Of a stretch of 64,000 nucleotides of DNA, positions 43,758 to 55,871 are shown one piece after another. The notes under the pieces were generated by a model. That model saw only the letters and a list, made by a program, of their open reading frames with translations, was not told the origin of the DNA and searched no databases. A program made the translations under genes and the position numbers. How positions within the stretch are numbered: position 1 is the stretch's first letter; every line of letters begins with the position of its first letter. Source of the DNA: Alphaproteobacteria bacterium (GTDB taxonomy: Bacteria; Pseudomonadota; Alphaproteobacteria; JAAXGF01); contig CAUVXB020000001.1 in assembly GCA_963555825.3 (NCBI GenBank), positions 288,001-352,000 on the forward strand. Reading direction: 5' to 3'.

Positions 43758-44932
43758 TACCAGTGAGCCTATGAAATCACCTTCATGATCCATGGATAGG
43801 CGCAGAGGGTTCGCATACGATCCGGTTCTGCGATGAGGTCGATCCATGCTTGGCAACAGGCGTCGATGATGGCCTCGGTGTCGTCGAGGACGCGGAGCGA
43901 TAGGAAGCGTTCGCGTAGGTAGAGCCAAACCCGCTCGACGGGGTTGAGTTCGGGACTGTAAGGCGGCAACAGCGCCAAGGTGACGTTGTCGGGGACGGTG
44001 AGGGCGCGCTCGTCGTGCCAACCGGCGCCGTCGCACATCATGACGGCGTGCGCATCCTGGTCCAGGGTATCGGCGAAGTGTGCGAGAAACAGGTCCATGA
44101 CCTTGGCGTTGACGCTCGGCATCACCAGGGTGACGTCGTCGCCGGTGTCCGGGCGCACGGCGGAGAAGATGTAGGCCCACTGGTAGCCGATTTGACGCGT
44201 CCCGGGGGCACGCTCGCCCCTGCGCCACCACCGGTGACACACCCGGCCCTTGTTGCCGACGCGCGCTTCATCCTGAAACCACAGCTGTAGGCGCTTGTCG
44301 GGATGCGCCGCGGCGGTCGCCTTCAGGATGTCGCGAAGCCCCCTTTTTTGAAGCGCTCCTGCGCTTCGGCGTCCCTTCGCGGGTGGCTCGGGCGCGCCTT
44401 CTGGCGGGAAAATCCCATCCGCCGTAGAACCCGGGTCATGCTCGAGGGGTGGTAGGTCTTGGCGAAGCGCTCCTCCAGCCAGCGGCACAGATCGGCCCGG
44501 GTCCAGGCGCAAACCCCGTCGCGCTCAGGCTCCGGCCCGGCGATGATGACCGCCGCCAGCGCCGCTTCCTCGTCTGCCGTCAGCCGCCGCGGCGAGTAGC
44601 CCTTTGGACGGTCGTGAAGCCCCTCCAATCCCTTTGCATTGTAACGAACAACCGCGTCGCGAAGCGTTTGGCGATCCATCCCCGCAAGCCGCGCGGCATC
44701 AGCCCGGGGCATCTCCTCCAAAGCATTCGCGATCCCATAGGCCCGCGCCGCCGCTCGACCGTACGATTCCACGCGAGCCCAGCGCCGAAGCTCCAAAGGC
44801 GTCAAATCATCCCGTATCTTGAGTGCTGATCCCATGACATCCCCCACATCTGGTGGGAGACCATAGAATCACAATCCGCCATCATCCGCCATCAATGAAT
44901 ATCCCGAGAGTCAATTCAGGCGCTCACTGGTA
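43758..44932 (-). mobile_element. IS630-family element type B, copy 4
   Basis: Same sequence as the other copies; flanked by TAA/TAA. Confidence 0.93.
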
Positions 44933-44935
44933 TAA

Positions 44936-45628
44936 GTGATTGATCTGTATACGTGGCCGACGCCGAACGGCCACAAGATCCATATCATGCTCGAGGAGAC
45001 CGGGCTCGACTACACCGTGATCCCGGTCGACATCGGCGCGGGCGATCAGTTCGCCCCCGATTTCCTCAAGATCAGCCCGAACAACAAGATGCCGGCGATG
45101 GTCGACCGCGACGGACCGGGTGGCGCGCCCTACGCGATGTTCGAATCGGGCGCCATGCTGATCTACCTCGCCGAGAAGTGCGGCCGGTTCATGCCGCAAG
45201 AGACGCGGGCGCGCTTCGATGTCATCAAATGGCTGATGTTCCAGATGGGCCACATCGGCCCGATGCTCGGCCAGGCGCACCACTTCCGCGCCTACGCGCC
45301 CGAACCCATTCCCTATGCCGTCGAGCGCTACACCAACGAGGCGGCGCGGCTTTACAAGGTGCTCGATGTGCGGCTCGGCGAATCGGCCCACCTGGCCGGC
45401 GACGACTATACGATCGCCGACATGGCGGTCTTCCCCTGGCTGCGCTCGCACGAGCGCCAGGGCCAGGACCTCGCCGACTTCCCCAACGTCGAGCGCTGGT
45501 TCGAGGCGATCAACGCGCGGCCCGCGGTCGAGCGCGGCCTGCAGGTACTCGCCGATCGCCGCCGCGCCGGCCCGATCAGCGAGCGCGAACGCGAGGTCAT
45601 GTTCGGCGCGACCCAGTACCGGCGCTAA
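44936..45628 (+). CDS. Glutathione S-transferase (YfcG-like), paralog 2
   Basis: IDLYTWPTPNGHK, SPNNKMPA, GPMLGQAHHF. Confidence 0.9.
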   Translation: MIDLYTWPTPNGHKIHIMLEETGLDYTVIPVDIGAGDQFAPDFLKISPNNKMPAMVDRDGPGGAPYAMFESGAMLIYLAEKCGRFMPQETRARFDVIKWLMFQMGHIGPMLGQAHHFRAYAPEPIPYAVERYTNEAARLYKVLDVRLGESAHLAGDDYTIADMAVFPWLRSHERQGQDLADFPNVERWFEAINARPAVERGLQVLADRRRAGPISEREREVMFGATQYRR

Positions 45629-46458
45629 CCGTCAAATCCCCTGAAGATTTTATCGAGAGCGCCGTAACTTGTTGCGTCACTGGGGAAGGCACAGATGCCT
45701 TCATCGCGCAATGCGGCTGCAGCGCGTATGACCGCGTTCAGTGCGAGGCGCGAGAACGTTACGCCGACGCTGATCCGCTTGACGCCGGCCGCGGCCAGCT
45801 CGGCGACGCCGTAGGGTGTGTCGGGCGCGCCGATCATGACATTGACGGGCCGGTTTACCGACGAGCAGACCGTGCGGATGGCGTCGAGGTCGGGCAGGCC
45901 CGGCGCATAGACGACGTCGGCGCCGGCCGCCTCGAAGGCCTGCAGGCGGCGGATCGTATCGTCGAGGTCGCCCTGACCATGCAGGTGGTTCTCGGCGCGC
46001 GCGGTCAGCACGAAATCGCGCGACAGCCCGCGCGCCGCCCCGACCGCCGCGGCGACGCGTTCGACCGCCAACGCAAAATCGAAGATCGGCGCGTCGCGGC
46101 GGCCCGTGGAGTCCTCGACCGAACAGCCGGCGAGACCGGTGTCGGCGGCGAGCCGGATCGTCTCGGCAACGCCGGCCGGGTCGTCGGCGAAGCACTTCTC
46201 GAGATCGGCCGAGACCGGCAGGTCGGTCGCCTCGACGATATCGCGGCAATGGGCCAGCGCCTGGTCGCGCGTGATGGCGCCGTCGGGCAGGCCGAGCGAG
46301 AAGGCGAAGCCGGCGGAAGTCGTCGCCAGCGCCTCGAAGCCCATCGAGGCCAGGATGCGCGCCGTGCCGACGTCCCACGGGTTGGGGATGACGAAGGCGC
46401 CGTCGCGCTCGTGCAGCGCGCGGAAGTTGCGCGCCTTGGTGTCGGGGTCGGTTGTCAT
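45625..46458 (-). CDS. Isocitrate lyase/PEP mutase family protein
   Basis: PNPWDVGTARIL, ATTSAG, PVSADLE, LTARAEN. Confidence 0.87.
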   Translation of the reverse strand: MTTDPDTKARNFRALHERDGAFVIPNPWDVGTARILASMGFEALATTSAGFAFSLGLPDGAITRDQALAHCRDIVEATDLPVSADLEKCFADDPAGVAETIRLAADTGLAGCSVEDSTGRRDAPIFDFALAVERVAAAVGAARGLSRDFVLTARAENHLHGQGDLDDTIRRLQAFEAAGADVVYAPGLPDLDAIRTVCSSVNRPVNVMIGAPDTPYGVAELAAAGVKRISVGVTFSRLALNAVIRAAAALRDEGICAFPSDATSYGALDKIFRGFDG

Positions 46459-46609
46459 GGGGTGCCTCCGCTGGGTTGCCGGTTCGAATTCATGACTCGA
46501 ATATATGGCGGACTGTCGCTCGGCAACAGGTACCGCTTCGTGATGGCCGTGGCGTGCCGCGCTTCGCTCTGCTAGCCTTCGCGCCCGAATTTCACCGCAC
46601 GAGCCCGCC

Positions 46610-47758
46610 ATGACCGACATCCCCGACTTCAAGCCCGCGACGCTCGCCGCGCAGGCGCTCGGCTGGGACGAGCCGGCCTTTCAGGGTATCGTGCCGCCGA
46701 TCTATCCGTCGACGACTTTCGCCCGGCCGCCCGAGGACCAGGCGCGCCATGGCCGCATGTACACGCGCGACGCCAACCCGAGCTACGACCAGGCCGAGGC
46801 GCTGCTGGCGGCGCTCGAGGGCGGCTCCGCCGCGCTCCTCTACGCCTCGGGCATGGCGGCGGCGAGCGCGGTGTTCCAGGCGCTGGCGCCCGGCGACCAC
46901 GTCGTCGTACCGGACGTCACCTACCACGGCGTGCGCACCTGGCTGAAGAACCACGGCATGCACTGGGGGCTCAAAGTCGATTTCGTGCCCAACGGCGACC
47001 TCGACGCGCTGGCCGCCGCGATGCGGCCGGGCGAGACCAAGCTGGTCTGGCTCGAGACGCCGTGCAACCCGATGTGGGACGTCGCCGACATCGCCGCGAG
47101 CGCGCGCATTGCGCATGACGCGGGCGCCCGGCTGGCGGTCGATTCGACCGCCGCGACGCCGGTCCTGACGCGGCCCATCGAGCACGGCGCCGATATCGTC
47201 ATGCACGCCGCGACCAAGTATCTCAACGGCCACTCCGACGTGCTCGCCGGCGCGTTGGTTACGGCGCAAGCCGACGCCTTCTGGCAGCGCATCGCCGACC
47301 ACCGCCACGATGCGGGCGCCGTGCTAGGCACCTTCGAGGCCTGGCTCCTGCTGCGCGGCATGCGCACGCTGTATTTGCGCGTGCTGGCCTGCTCGGCGAG
47401 CGCGCTGACGATCGCCGAACACTTCGCCGACCATGCCAAGATCGAGGCGGTGCTCTACCCCGGCCTCGCCAGCCATCCGGGCCACGACGTCGCGGCGCGC
47501 CAGATGCAGGGCGGATTCGGCGGCATGCTGTCGCTGCGCGTGCGCGGCGGGTCCGAGGCGGCGCTCGCGGTCAGCGCGGCGTGCCAGGTGTTCAAGCGCG
47601 CGACTTCGCTGGGCGGCGTCGAGAGCCTGATCGAGCACCGCCACGGCATCGAGCCGCCCGACAGTCCGGTGCCGCCCGATCTGCTACGCGTCTCGGTCGG
47701 CATCGAGGACACGGCCGACTTGATCGCCGATCTGGAACGCGGCCTGGCCAGCGTATAG
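46610..47758 (+). CDS. Cys/Met metabolism PLP-dependent enzyme (cystathionine gamma-synthase family)
   Basis: YTRDANP, ASGMAA, WLETPCNP, ATKYLNGHSD, SLGGVESL. Confidence 0.9.
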   Translation: MTDIPDFKPATLAAQALGWDEPAFQGIVPPIYPSTTFARPPEDQARHGRMYTRDANPSYDQAEALLAALEGGSAALLYASGMAAASAVFQALAPGDHVVVPDVTYHGVRTWLKNHGMHWGLKVDFVPNGDLDALAAAMRPGETKLVWLETPCNPMWDVADIAASARIAHDAGARLAVDSTAATPVLTRPIEHGADIVMHAATKYLNGHSDVLAGALVTAQADAFWQRIADHRHDAGAVLGTFEAWLLLRGMRTLYLRVLACSASALTIAEHFADHAKIEAVLYPGLASHPGHDVAARQMQGGFGGMLSLRVRGGSEAALAVSAACQVFKRATSLGGVESLIEHRHGIEPPDSPVPPDLLRVSVGIEDTADLIADLERGLASV

Positions 47759-47762
47759 AACC

Positions 47763-48362
47763 GTGGCTTCGCATCGCCGATCGGCGCGACTGTCGCGCGA
47801 GCAAGGCGATCATTGGACAATCCGGGTCGCGACCGACGCGGACGCCGCAATGATTGCCTATATCCACGAGGACGCGTGGCGCACTCTCTATTCTACGTTG
47901 TTGCCGCCCGCGGTTGTCGAAGCGCACGCGCCCCAACGGACGGCCGGTGTGTGGCTCGGTGAGGTCGGAAAATCGAACGTACTTCTCTTCGTTGCCGAGA
48001 ACCGCGACGCCGATATCGACGGTTTCATGCGCGTCGGTCCGACGAGGCTCGACGCCGACGCGTCGTTCGACCGTGAAATCACGCATTTCTATTTACGTCC
48101 CGAGGTGCGCCGACAAGGTCTGGGCCGTGCGATGATCGACCGTATCTTGCATCGGCTCGCGGCCGACGGCGTCGGCAGCGTCGTGGTGCGGGTTATGGAC
48201 GGCAATCCATTTGCGAAATTTTATGATTCTGTCGGGGCCGACCGCCGCGGCACGCGGTCCGTCGAACTTTACGGTCATCGTGTCGTCGAGATCGTCTACG
48301 CTTGGAGGAACATCGAGGAGTCGTGCACGGTGCACGATCGGACGGCAGGAGGATCCCCGTGA
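47763..48362 (+). CDS. GNAT family acetyltransferase
   Basis: IRVATDADA, FYLRPEVRRQGLGR, FYDSVG. Confidence 0.8.
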   Translation: MASHRRSARLSREQGDHWTIRVATDADAAMIAYIHEDAWRTLYSTLLPPAVVEAHAPQRTAGVWLGEVGKSNVLLFVAENRDADIDGFMRVGPTRLDADASFDREITHFYLRPEVRRQGLGRAMIDRILHRLAADGVGSVVVRVMDGNPFAKFYDSVGADRRGTRSVELYGHRVVEIVYAWRNIEESCTVHDRTAGGSP

Positions 48363-48985
48363 TCGATCTCTATACCTGGACGACGCCAAACGGGCGCAAG
48401 GTCTCGATCATGCTCGAGGAGCTCGGGCTCGAGTACCGCGTGCATCCGATCGACATCGGCGCCGGCGAGCAGCACGCGCCCGAATTCGTCGCGATCAGCC
48501 CGAACAACAAGATCCCGGCGATCGTCGATCACGCGGCGTCCGACGGCGGCGAGATCGCGCTGTTCGAATCGGGCGCCATCCTGATCTATCTCGCCGAGAA
48601 ATGCGGCCAGCTGCTGCCGACTGCGTTCCGGCCGCGCCTCGAGGTCATGCAGTGGCTGATGTTCCAGATGGGCAACGTCGGCCCGTTCTTCGGCCAGGCG
48701 CACCACTTCCGCCGTTTCGCCAAGGAGAAGATCCCCTACGCCATCGAGCGTTACACCAACGAGGCGCACCGGCTTTACGGCGTGATGGACCGGCGCCTCG
48801 CCGAGGCGCCCTATCTCGCCGGCGACGACTACACCATCGCCGACGTCGCGACCTTTCCCTGGGCGGCGCGCCACGAATGGCATGGCGTGGCCCTGGAAGA
48901 CTTCGAACACGTCAAGCGCTGGTACGACACGCTGTCGGCGCGGCCGGCCGTCGAGAAGGGCTACAACGTCCCGCCAATGACATGA
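48359..48985 (+). CDS. Glutathione S-transferase, paralog 3
   Basis: IDLYTWTTPNGRK, SPNNKIPAIVD, FESGAIL. Confidence 0.9.
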   Translation: MIDLYTWTTPNGRKVSIMLEELGLEYRVHPIDIGAGEQHAPEFVAISPNNKIPAIVDHAASDGGEIALFESGAILIYLAEKCGQLLPTAFRPRLEVMQWLMFQMGNVGPFFGQAHHFRRFAKEKIPYAIERYTNEAHRLYGVMDRRLAEAPYLAGDDYTIADVATFPWAARHEWHGVALEDFEHVKRWYDTLSARPAVEKGYNVPPMT

Positions 48986-49470
48986 GCGCGTTGCTCGAAA
49001 GGCCTGCGGTTGTGCGCGTCCGCGCGGCATTGACCGCCGCCGGCTCGACCGCCGAGATCATCGCGCTCGCCGATACCGCGCGCTCGGCCCAGGACGCGGC
49101 CCGGAGCGTCGGCGTCGAATTGGGCGCCATCGTCAAGTCGCTGGTCTTCGCGGTCGACAGCCGCGCGGTCATGGCGCTGGTCGCCGGCGACCGGCGCTGC
49201 GACACCGCCGCGCTCGCCCGCGCGCTCGGCCTCGACGGCAAGGTCGGCCGCGCCGACGCCGACATGGTGCGCGAGGCCACCGGCTTCACCATCGGCGGCG
49301 TGCCGCCGATCGCGCATACGACGCCGCTCGCGACCGCGATCGACGCGAGCCTCGGCCGCTTCGCCATCGTCTACACCGCCGCCGGCCACCCGCATTGCGT
49401 CTTCGGCACGTCGCCCGACGAACTCGCCCGGCTGACCGGCGCGCCGGTGGTCGAGGATATCGGCGTCTAG
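48982..49470 (+). CDS. YbaK/EbsC family protein
   Basis: IVKSLVF, VREATGFTIGGVPP, AAGHP. Confidence 0.88.
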   Translation: MSALLERPAVVRVRAALTAAGSTAEIIALADTARSAQDAARSVGVELGAIVKSLVFAVDSRAVMALVAGDRRCDTAALARALGLDGKVGRADADMVREATGFTIGGVPPIAHTTPLATAIDASLGRFAIVYTAAGHPHCVFGTSPDELARLTGAPVVEDIGV

Positions 49471-49619
49471 ACGCGTGGCCCAGGGCGGCGTTGTTGACAC
49501 GCCCTGGGGCGCTCTTTAGATAACGCGGAGCGCGCCGCGTCCGCGGCGTTCGCGCTGGTGGGGTGGCCGAGGTCATCGAGGCAGCCTTGCGAACGGGTGC
49601 CGAACGGTAACCGCGCCCA

Positions 49620-49858
49620 TTGGCACCGGTAATCATTTCATCGAGGTTTGCATAGACGAAAGCGACCGCGATTGGGCGATGCCGCACACGGGATCACGTG
49701 GCTGCGGCAATCGCATCGGAACCTACTTCACCCAGCGGGCCAAGAGCGAAATGGAGCACTGGTTCATCAAATTGCCCGACAAGGACTTGGCCTACTTGGT
49801 CGAAGGCTCCGAACAGTTCGGTGACTACGTTCAGGCGGTCGGCTGGGCGCAACGATAG
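49620..49858 (+). pseudogene. rtcB: Internal fragment of RtcB RNA ligase
   Basis: GTGNHFIEVCIDESDRDWAMPHTGSRGCGNRIGTYF...LPDKDLAYLVEG...YVQAVGWAQ*; no start codon. Confidence 0.85.
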
Positions 49859-49936
49859 GCGGGCAACGCCGCGGGGTCTGCTTCCCGCCCGTTAGCAGAC
49901 CTTAGAGACATTGAATCGCGGGACAGGGTGTTCGAC

Positions 49937-51695
49937 GCCGGCTTACCGTTCGAAATCGGACACCGCGCGGCGCTTCCGCCAACGTCTGCCGTTGACCCAG
50001 CCTGTGTAAAAACGTCGATGGTGTTATGATTCTCTCGTGCTTTGGCGGGAGGGTCTGATGAAGCGTTTTGTCGAGGGTGTCGATCGCAGCCAGGGCACGT
50101 TGTTTCCGGAGCGCCTGGAAGACTGGATCGGCGACGACAACCCGGTTCGGGCGATCGACGTCTTCGTCGATGAGCTCGATCTTGGCGGCCTCGGGTTCGA
50201 CCGGGTCGAGCCGCTGGCGACCGGCAGGCCGGCCTATCATCCTTGCGATTTGTTGAAGCTCTACATCTACGGCTATCTCAACCGGGTTCAGTCGAGCCGT
50301 CGGCTCGAGAGGGAGGCCGGGCGCAATGTGGAAGTGATGTGGCTGGTCGGCCGGCTGGCGCCGGATCACAAGACGATCGCCGACTTCCGCAAGGACAACG
50401 GCCGTGCGATCCGCAAGGTCTGCGCCCGGTTCGTCGCGCTGTGCCGGCAACTCGGGCTGTTCGCCGAGGCGAGCGTGGCGATCGATGGCTCGAAGTTCAA
50501 GGCGGTCAACAGCCGGGACAGGAACTTCACGCGGGCCAAGATGGCGCGGCGGGTGGCGCAGATCGAGGAGAGCGTTGCGCGCTATCTGGACCAGTTGGAC
50601 AGCGCCGACCGGCAAGAGCCGTCGCTGGCGCGCACGACCAAGACGACTCGTCTGGCCGACAAGATCGCGATCCTCAAGGAGGAGATGCGGCGCCTGAAGG
50701 CGCTTGAAGTCGAGCGGCGTGCGAGCCCGGACCAGCAGATCTCTCTGAGCGATCCCGATGCCCGCTCGATGGCGACGAGCGGCCGGGGTTCCGGCGTGGT
50801 CGGCTACAACGTTCAGGCCGCCGTCGACACCAAGCACCACCTGATCGTCGCCCACGAGGTGACCAATCAGGGCACCGACCGCGTCCAGCTCTCAGCCATG
50901 GCGAAGCGGACCAAGGCGGCTCTGGAGACCGACGAGTTGGATGTCGTTGCCGATCGCGGCTACTACAACGGCAAGGAGATTCTGGCCTGCGATGAGGCCG
51001 GCATCACCGTCACATTGCCTAAGCCGCTGACCTCTGGAGCCAAGGCCAAGGGCCGCTTCGGCAAACAGGACTTCGTCTATCTGGCCGCCGACGATGTCTA
51101 TCGCTGCCCGGCCGGCGAGCGTTTGGTCTACCGCTTCACCAGCCAGGAGAGGGGGCTGAGCATGCGGCGCTACTGGACCAACGCCTGTCAGGGATGCGCC
51201 ATCAAGCATCGCTGCACCACGGCCAAGCAGCGCCGCATCACCCGCTGGCAGCACGAGCATGTTCTCGAGGCCGTCGAGAGGCGGCTCGACGAGCACCCGG
51301 AGGCGATGCGTCGGCGGCGCGAGACGGCCGAGCATCCCTTCGGCACCATCAAGTCCTGGATGGGCGCGACGCATTTCCAGACGAAGACGCTGAAACGGGT
51401 GAGGACCGAGATGGCCCTGCACGTGCTGGCCTACAATCTCAAGCGCGTCATGAACATCACGGGCATCGACCCGCTGATCGCGGCGATGAGGACCGCATAG
51501 GCCTCTCTGCGCCGCAAATTGCGCCCATATCCGGCCAAATCGCAGCTCACACCGGCGCCAGCCGGCCGACAGGTCCGCACGAGTGGCGAAAATCCTTAAT
51601 CCCGGAATACCCGCCGCGACGGATCATCGAAGCCAAAGACGCGCCGTACAGATCACGCAGCAAACGTTCTTACACAGTCTGGACCCGAAGCAGAC
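49937..51695 (+). repeat. 71-bp double-hairpin repeat, unit A (49937-49997 plus 51686-51695), interrupted by IS1182
   Basis: GCCGGCTTACCGTTCGAAATCGGAC-N22-GTCTGCCGTTGACC|CGAAGCAGAC; same layout as unit B. Confidence 0.75.
49998..51681 (+). mobile_element. IS1182-family element; intact transposase 50058-51500
   Basis: IRs CAGCCTGTGTAAAAACG / CGTTCTTACACAGTCTG, GACC duplication, motifs SSRRLERE, PDHKTIADFR, IDGSK, ADRGY, EHPFGTIK. Confidence 0.93.
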
Positions 51696-51808
51696 ATAGC
51701 GGGGAGCCGGATCAGCCCTTCCCAGAAACCGTGCTAGGACTAACGTAGGAACTGGTACAAATAATGGGGTAGGGCCACCCCATTGATTAGATTTACGCGA
51801 CTTTTAAG

Positions 51809-53449
51809 CCGACATTCCCCAGATGATATCCAAATTCGCGGAAATCGTACCACGGCCCCAACTCCAAGGGAACTCTGTTCCCATTGCAGCCATCCGATGA
51901 CATGATTTTGGTAATCGGCCAGCGCGTGGAAGGCCATTTGGTCGTTTCTCTTGCCATCCAGACACACCTCTCGTGTCGCAATCTCCTTGCCGTCGATTCC
52001 CTCGGCCTACGCCGGAGCGGGTCTTCGTCGTAGATCATCAATCAGGCTCAAGATTTTCTGGAACAAGCTTCTGGGACTGCAACCTCGGCCAATTGAAATG
52101 TGACGTACCGGCCATGGCTGACAACTTTCGCACCGATCTTGACCAGCTTCTCCCTCAGCGTCGTCAGCGACCATTGCTCCACGGCATCGGGCAACGCCAG
52201 GGTACGCATGAAGTTGCCGAGGTTATAGGCGAGTGCATGCAGCTGGAGCCGGACGGCATTGTTGCGTAACGAACGGCATGACAGCCGCGTCCACTTGATG
52301 GCGTTCTTGCCTTCCTTGATCCATTGCTCGGCAGTGCCGCGCTGATTGTAGAACGCAACAACCCGCTCGGCAGGACGGCTCAGGTTGGTGACGATGAAGC
52401 CGACGCGGGGATACAGTTCCCCTGAGTGCCACTCCACCTTGGCGACGACCCGGCGGGGCTTCGTCCAGCTACCGGCCCGATAGCTGAAGTTCGCGTAATA
52501 CCGACGAACTTCCTTCGGCGGCCGACCGACGGGGCGCTTGAGCAGGTGCGCGATGCTGTCGTGCAGCACCTTGTTGGCCGGAAGCCGGATGGCGTACTTG
52601 AAGCCTTCCGCTTCCAGAAACTCATAAACCTCGGGCGAGGCGAAGGCGGCGTCACCACGGAAATAACGCCGGAGTGTCTTGTTCCGGTATCGAGCGACCA
52701 CCGGGTCCAACACATCGCGCCATTCATGGGCGCTGTGCACGTTGCCCGGACGCAGGGCGCAACGCTCCAGATCGCCGAACTGGTTGAACACGAACAGCGG
52801 GTGATAGCACGTGCAGCCGAAGTGACCGTTGTAGGCCGTGCCCTCCTGGTCACCGTAGGTCGGGCTGACGGAGCTGTCCATGTCGAGCACGATAATCTTC
52901 GGCGGCTTGCGCTCGTTAACCTGGTCGATCCAGATGCCCAAAAGGTCAGCGAGCGCGGCGAGGTTGTCATTGGTGGCGAGTAACTCCGTCTCGAACCGGC
53001 CCATCTGGCTGGTCGATGCGCCGCCGCGCTCGACAGCCCTGCCGCCGACGATCCACCGCATCGCAGGATCGCGCCCCAGCCGGTCGGCGTCGTTCACGTC
53101 CTCGTACCCGGCGAGACGACCATAGACGGATTGGCGAAGGAGACCGATGATGCCGTGCCAACCGTTCTTGCCGGTCCGGCTGTCAGCAATAACGTCACCG
53201 GCCAGCGTGGTCAGGCCGAGGGCTTCGTCCAGTTCACGATAGGCGAGCAGACCAGCGTCTGACGTGATCCGCGAACCGTGGAACTCGAACTTCAGTCTTC
53301 GGTCGAAAAACGCCCGCAGAAGCCCCCGATCCGACTCACCCTCCAGGTTCCGCATTCGACCCACCCTCCGTCTGATCTAATCCACTGATTCTTATACAGG
53401 AATCAGACGGAAACCGCATCAGATGGATCGGTCACTTGGGGAATGCGGG
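51809..53449 (-). mobile_element. IS1380-family element, diverged isoform (no internal TAG; frameshift near the C-terminus)
   Basis: Same terminal motifs, TTAAG duplication; CTCYHP intact; ends AVPEACSRKS, with the ILSLIDDLRRRPAPA tail out of frame. Confidence 0.9.
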
Positions 53450-53459
53450 TTAAGACTAA

Positions 53460-55871
53460 GTGGGCGATCTCATGAATTTGGACCTCGGCCAGACCACCTC
53501 ATGCGGCGGCGCAGACTTTTACGTCGTAATCAAGGAGCAAGGACACAAAGACCCCGATCTGCCTGTCTGGACCTGCACTGAACCCGGAAGTATCCGTTAT
53601 CATGAACGACCTGCTGCTGTCGTAGAACGCAAAGACTTGTCAGAAATCACCGGCGCTTTTCATCTGTTGAATGTGCTGAGCGACGAGGAATGCGATCGTT
53701 TTGTGCAAATCAGTGAAGCTTTGGGCTATCACGGCGATGCTCCTGTTTCACTCCCACGCAGTATTCGTCACAACAATAATCTGAACTGGATCGTTGATGA
53801 GAGTGTGGACGGCCCGATCTGGGGTCGTTGTCGAAGTTTCTTTGGAGTTTCCGCATTCGATGGTCAACATCCGTTGGGCCTCAATGCCAGATTTAGGTTC
53901 TACCGTTATCCGACATTCCCCATATACCATCCAAATTCGTGGAAATCGTAGCACTTTCCCACCGCCAAGGGAACTGTATCCCCTATGCAGCCATCCGATG
54001 GCATGATTTTGGTAATCGGCCCGCGCTTGGAAGGCCACTCGGTCATTTTTCTCGCCATCCAGACACACCTCTCCTGTCGCTTTCTCCTCGCCGTCGATTC
54101 CCTCGGCCTACGCCGGAGCGGGTCTTCGTCGCAGATCATCAATCAAGCTCAGGATTTTCCGGAACAGGTCCCTCGGCACCGCCACCTCAGCCAATTGGAA
54201 CGTAACGTAGCGGCCATGTCGGACAACCTTGGCCCCGATCTTCACCAGCTTGTCGCGCAACGTCGTCATCGACCAGTGCTCCACCTCCTTCGGCAAAGCC
54301 AGTGTCCTCATGAAGTTGCCCAGATTGTAGGCCAGGGCGTGAAGCTGGAGCCGAACGGCATTGTTGCGGAACTTGCGACATGACAGACGGGTCCAGTTGA
54401 TGGCGTTCTTGCCTTCCTTGATGTGCTGCTCCGCCGTGCCACGGTGATTATAGAACGCCACCACCCGCTTGGTAGGGCGCGACAGATTAGTGACGATGAA
54501 ACCGACGCGAGGAACCAGCTCGCCGGGGTGCCACTCCACTTTGGCCACGACACGGCGCTTCTTGTTCCACGATCCGGCCTGATAGCTGAAGCTGGCGTGG
54601 AAACGGCGAACATGGTCGGGCGGGCGACCGACAGGTCGCGTAAGCAGATGGGCAATGTTCCGCTGGAGAATCGCGTTCGCTTTGAGGCGGATGACGTAGA
54701 GTAATCCCTCGGCTTCGAGATATTCGTATATCTCCGGTGAGGCGAAGGCGGCATCGCCACGAAAATACAGCCGCACCTTCCTTTCCTTATAGCGCATCAC
54801 CACCGGCTCCAGAACATTCCGCCATCCGTCGGCACTGTGAACATTACCGGGGCGCAGGGAACATCTCTCCAAGTCGCCGAACTGGTTGAACAGGAATAGC
54901 GGATGCTAGCAGGTACAGCCGAAGTGACCATTGTACGCTGTTCCCTCTTGTTCGCCATGGGTCGGGCTGACGCTGCTGTCCATGTCGAGAATGATCATCT
55001 TCGGCGGATGGCGGTCATGAACCTTGTCGATCCACACCCCGTTCATGTCGACCAAGGCTTCAACGTTCTCGTCGGTGGCCAATAGCTCCGTCTCGAAGCG
55101 TCCCATCTGGCTGGTGGAAGCGGCCTGTCTTTCGATGGCCTTGCCGCCAACAATCCAGCGCATGGCGGGATCGCGTCCCAGACGGTCGGCGTCGTTCACA
55201 TCGTCATAGCCGCCAAGGCGCCCGAAAACGGACTGGCGAAACTGACCCGTCATGCCGTGCCATCCGTTCTTGCCGGTACGGCTATCCTGGAAAACACCCT
55301 CGGCCATCTCAGTCAGGCCGAGGGCATCGTCAAGCTCCCGGTAGGCGAGCAACCCGGCATCAGAGGTGATCTTGGAACCGTGGAATTCAAGCTTCAATCG
55401 ACGGTCAAAAACGACCCGAAGGCACCCCGGTTTCGATTCACCCATCGGGTGTGCCATATCCGCCGCTCCATGTATGCTACAACTTCATGATTCTTATAGC
55501 AGAATCGCCTTCTCGCCGCACTGAATATCGACGATACTTGGGAAATGCGGGGTTATAGTAGGGGCGATTTTTTCGACCCCCACACAGATGGTGCATGGCC
55601 AGGTAGTCGGGTCGTCAATGGCCAACTCGTGGCTGATGCATATGGCGATCGGCTAAGCCAAATGACGGTTCTGATTTTTTTGTCTGATGGGTACGAGGGT
55701 GGTCGCACCTTGTTCCACACGGGCCAGACATCAATCGTCCCAGTTCATACACCGAAGGGGGCGATCTTGTGCTTCCCCCATGGCATGCATCCCCAGCACT
55801 GCATTCATGCTGGCGAGGAAGTGACGGCTGGGCAAAAGTACATTATCCGGACCGATGTGTTGTATGGCTGA
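53460..55871 (+). pseudogene. 2OG-Fe(II) oxygenase (prolyl-4-hydroxylase-like) split by IS1380
   Basis: GLNARFRFYRY|SRGDFFDPHTDG...HAGEEV..GQKYIIRTDVLY rejoins in frame; lower GC than the host genes. Confidence 0.88.
53910..55551 (-). mobile_element. IS1380-family element, copy 3 (same internal TAG)
   Basis: Matches 17010-18651; GTTAT duplication. Confidence 0.93.
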
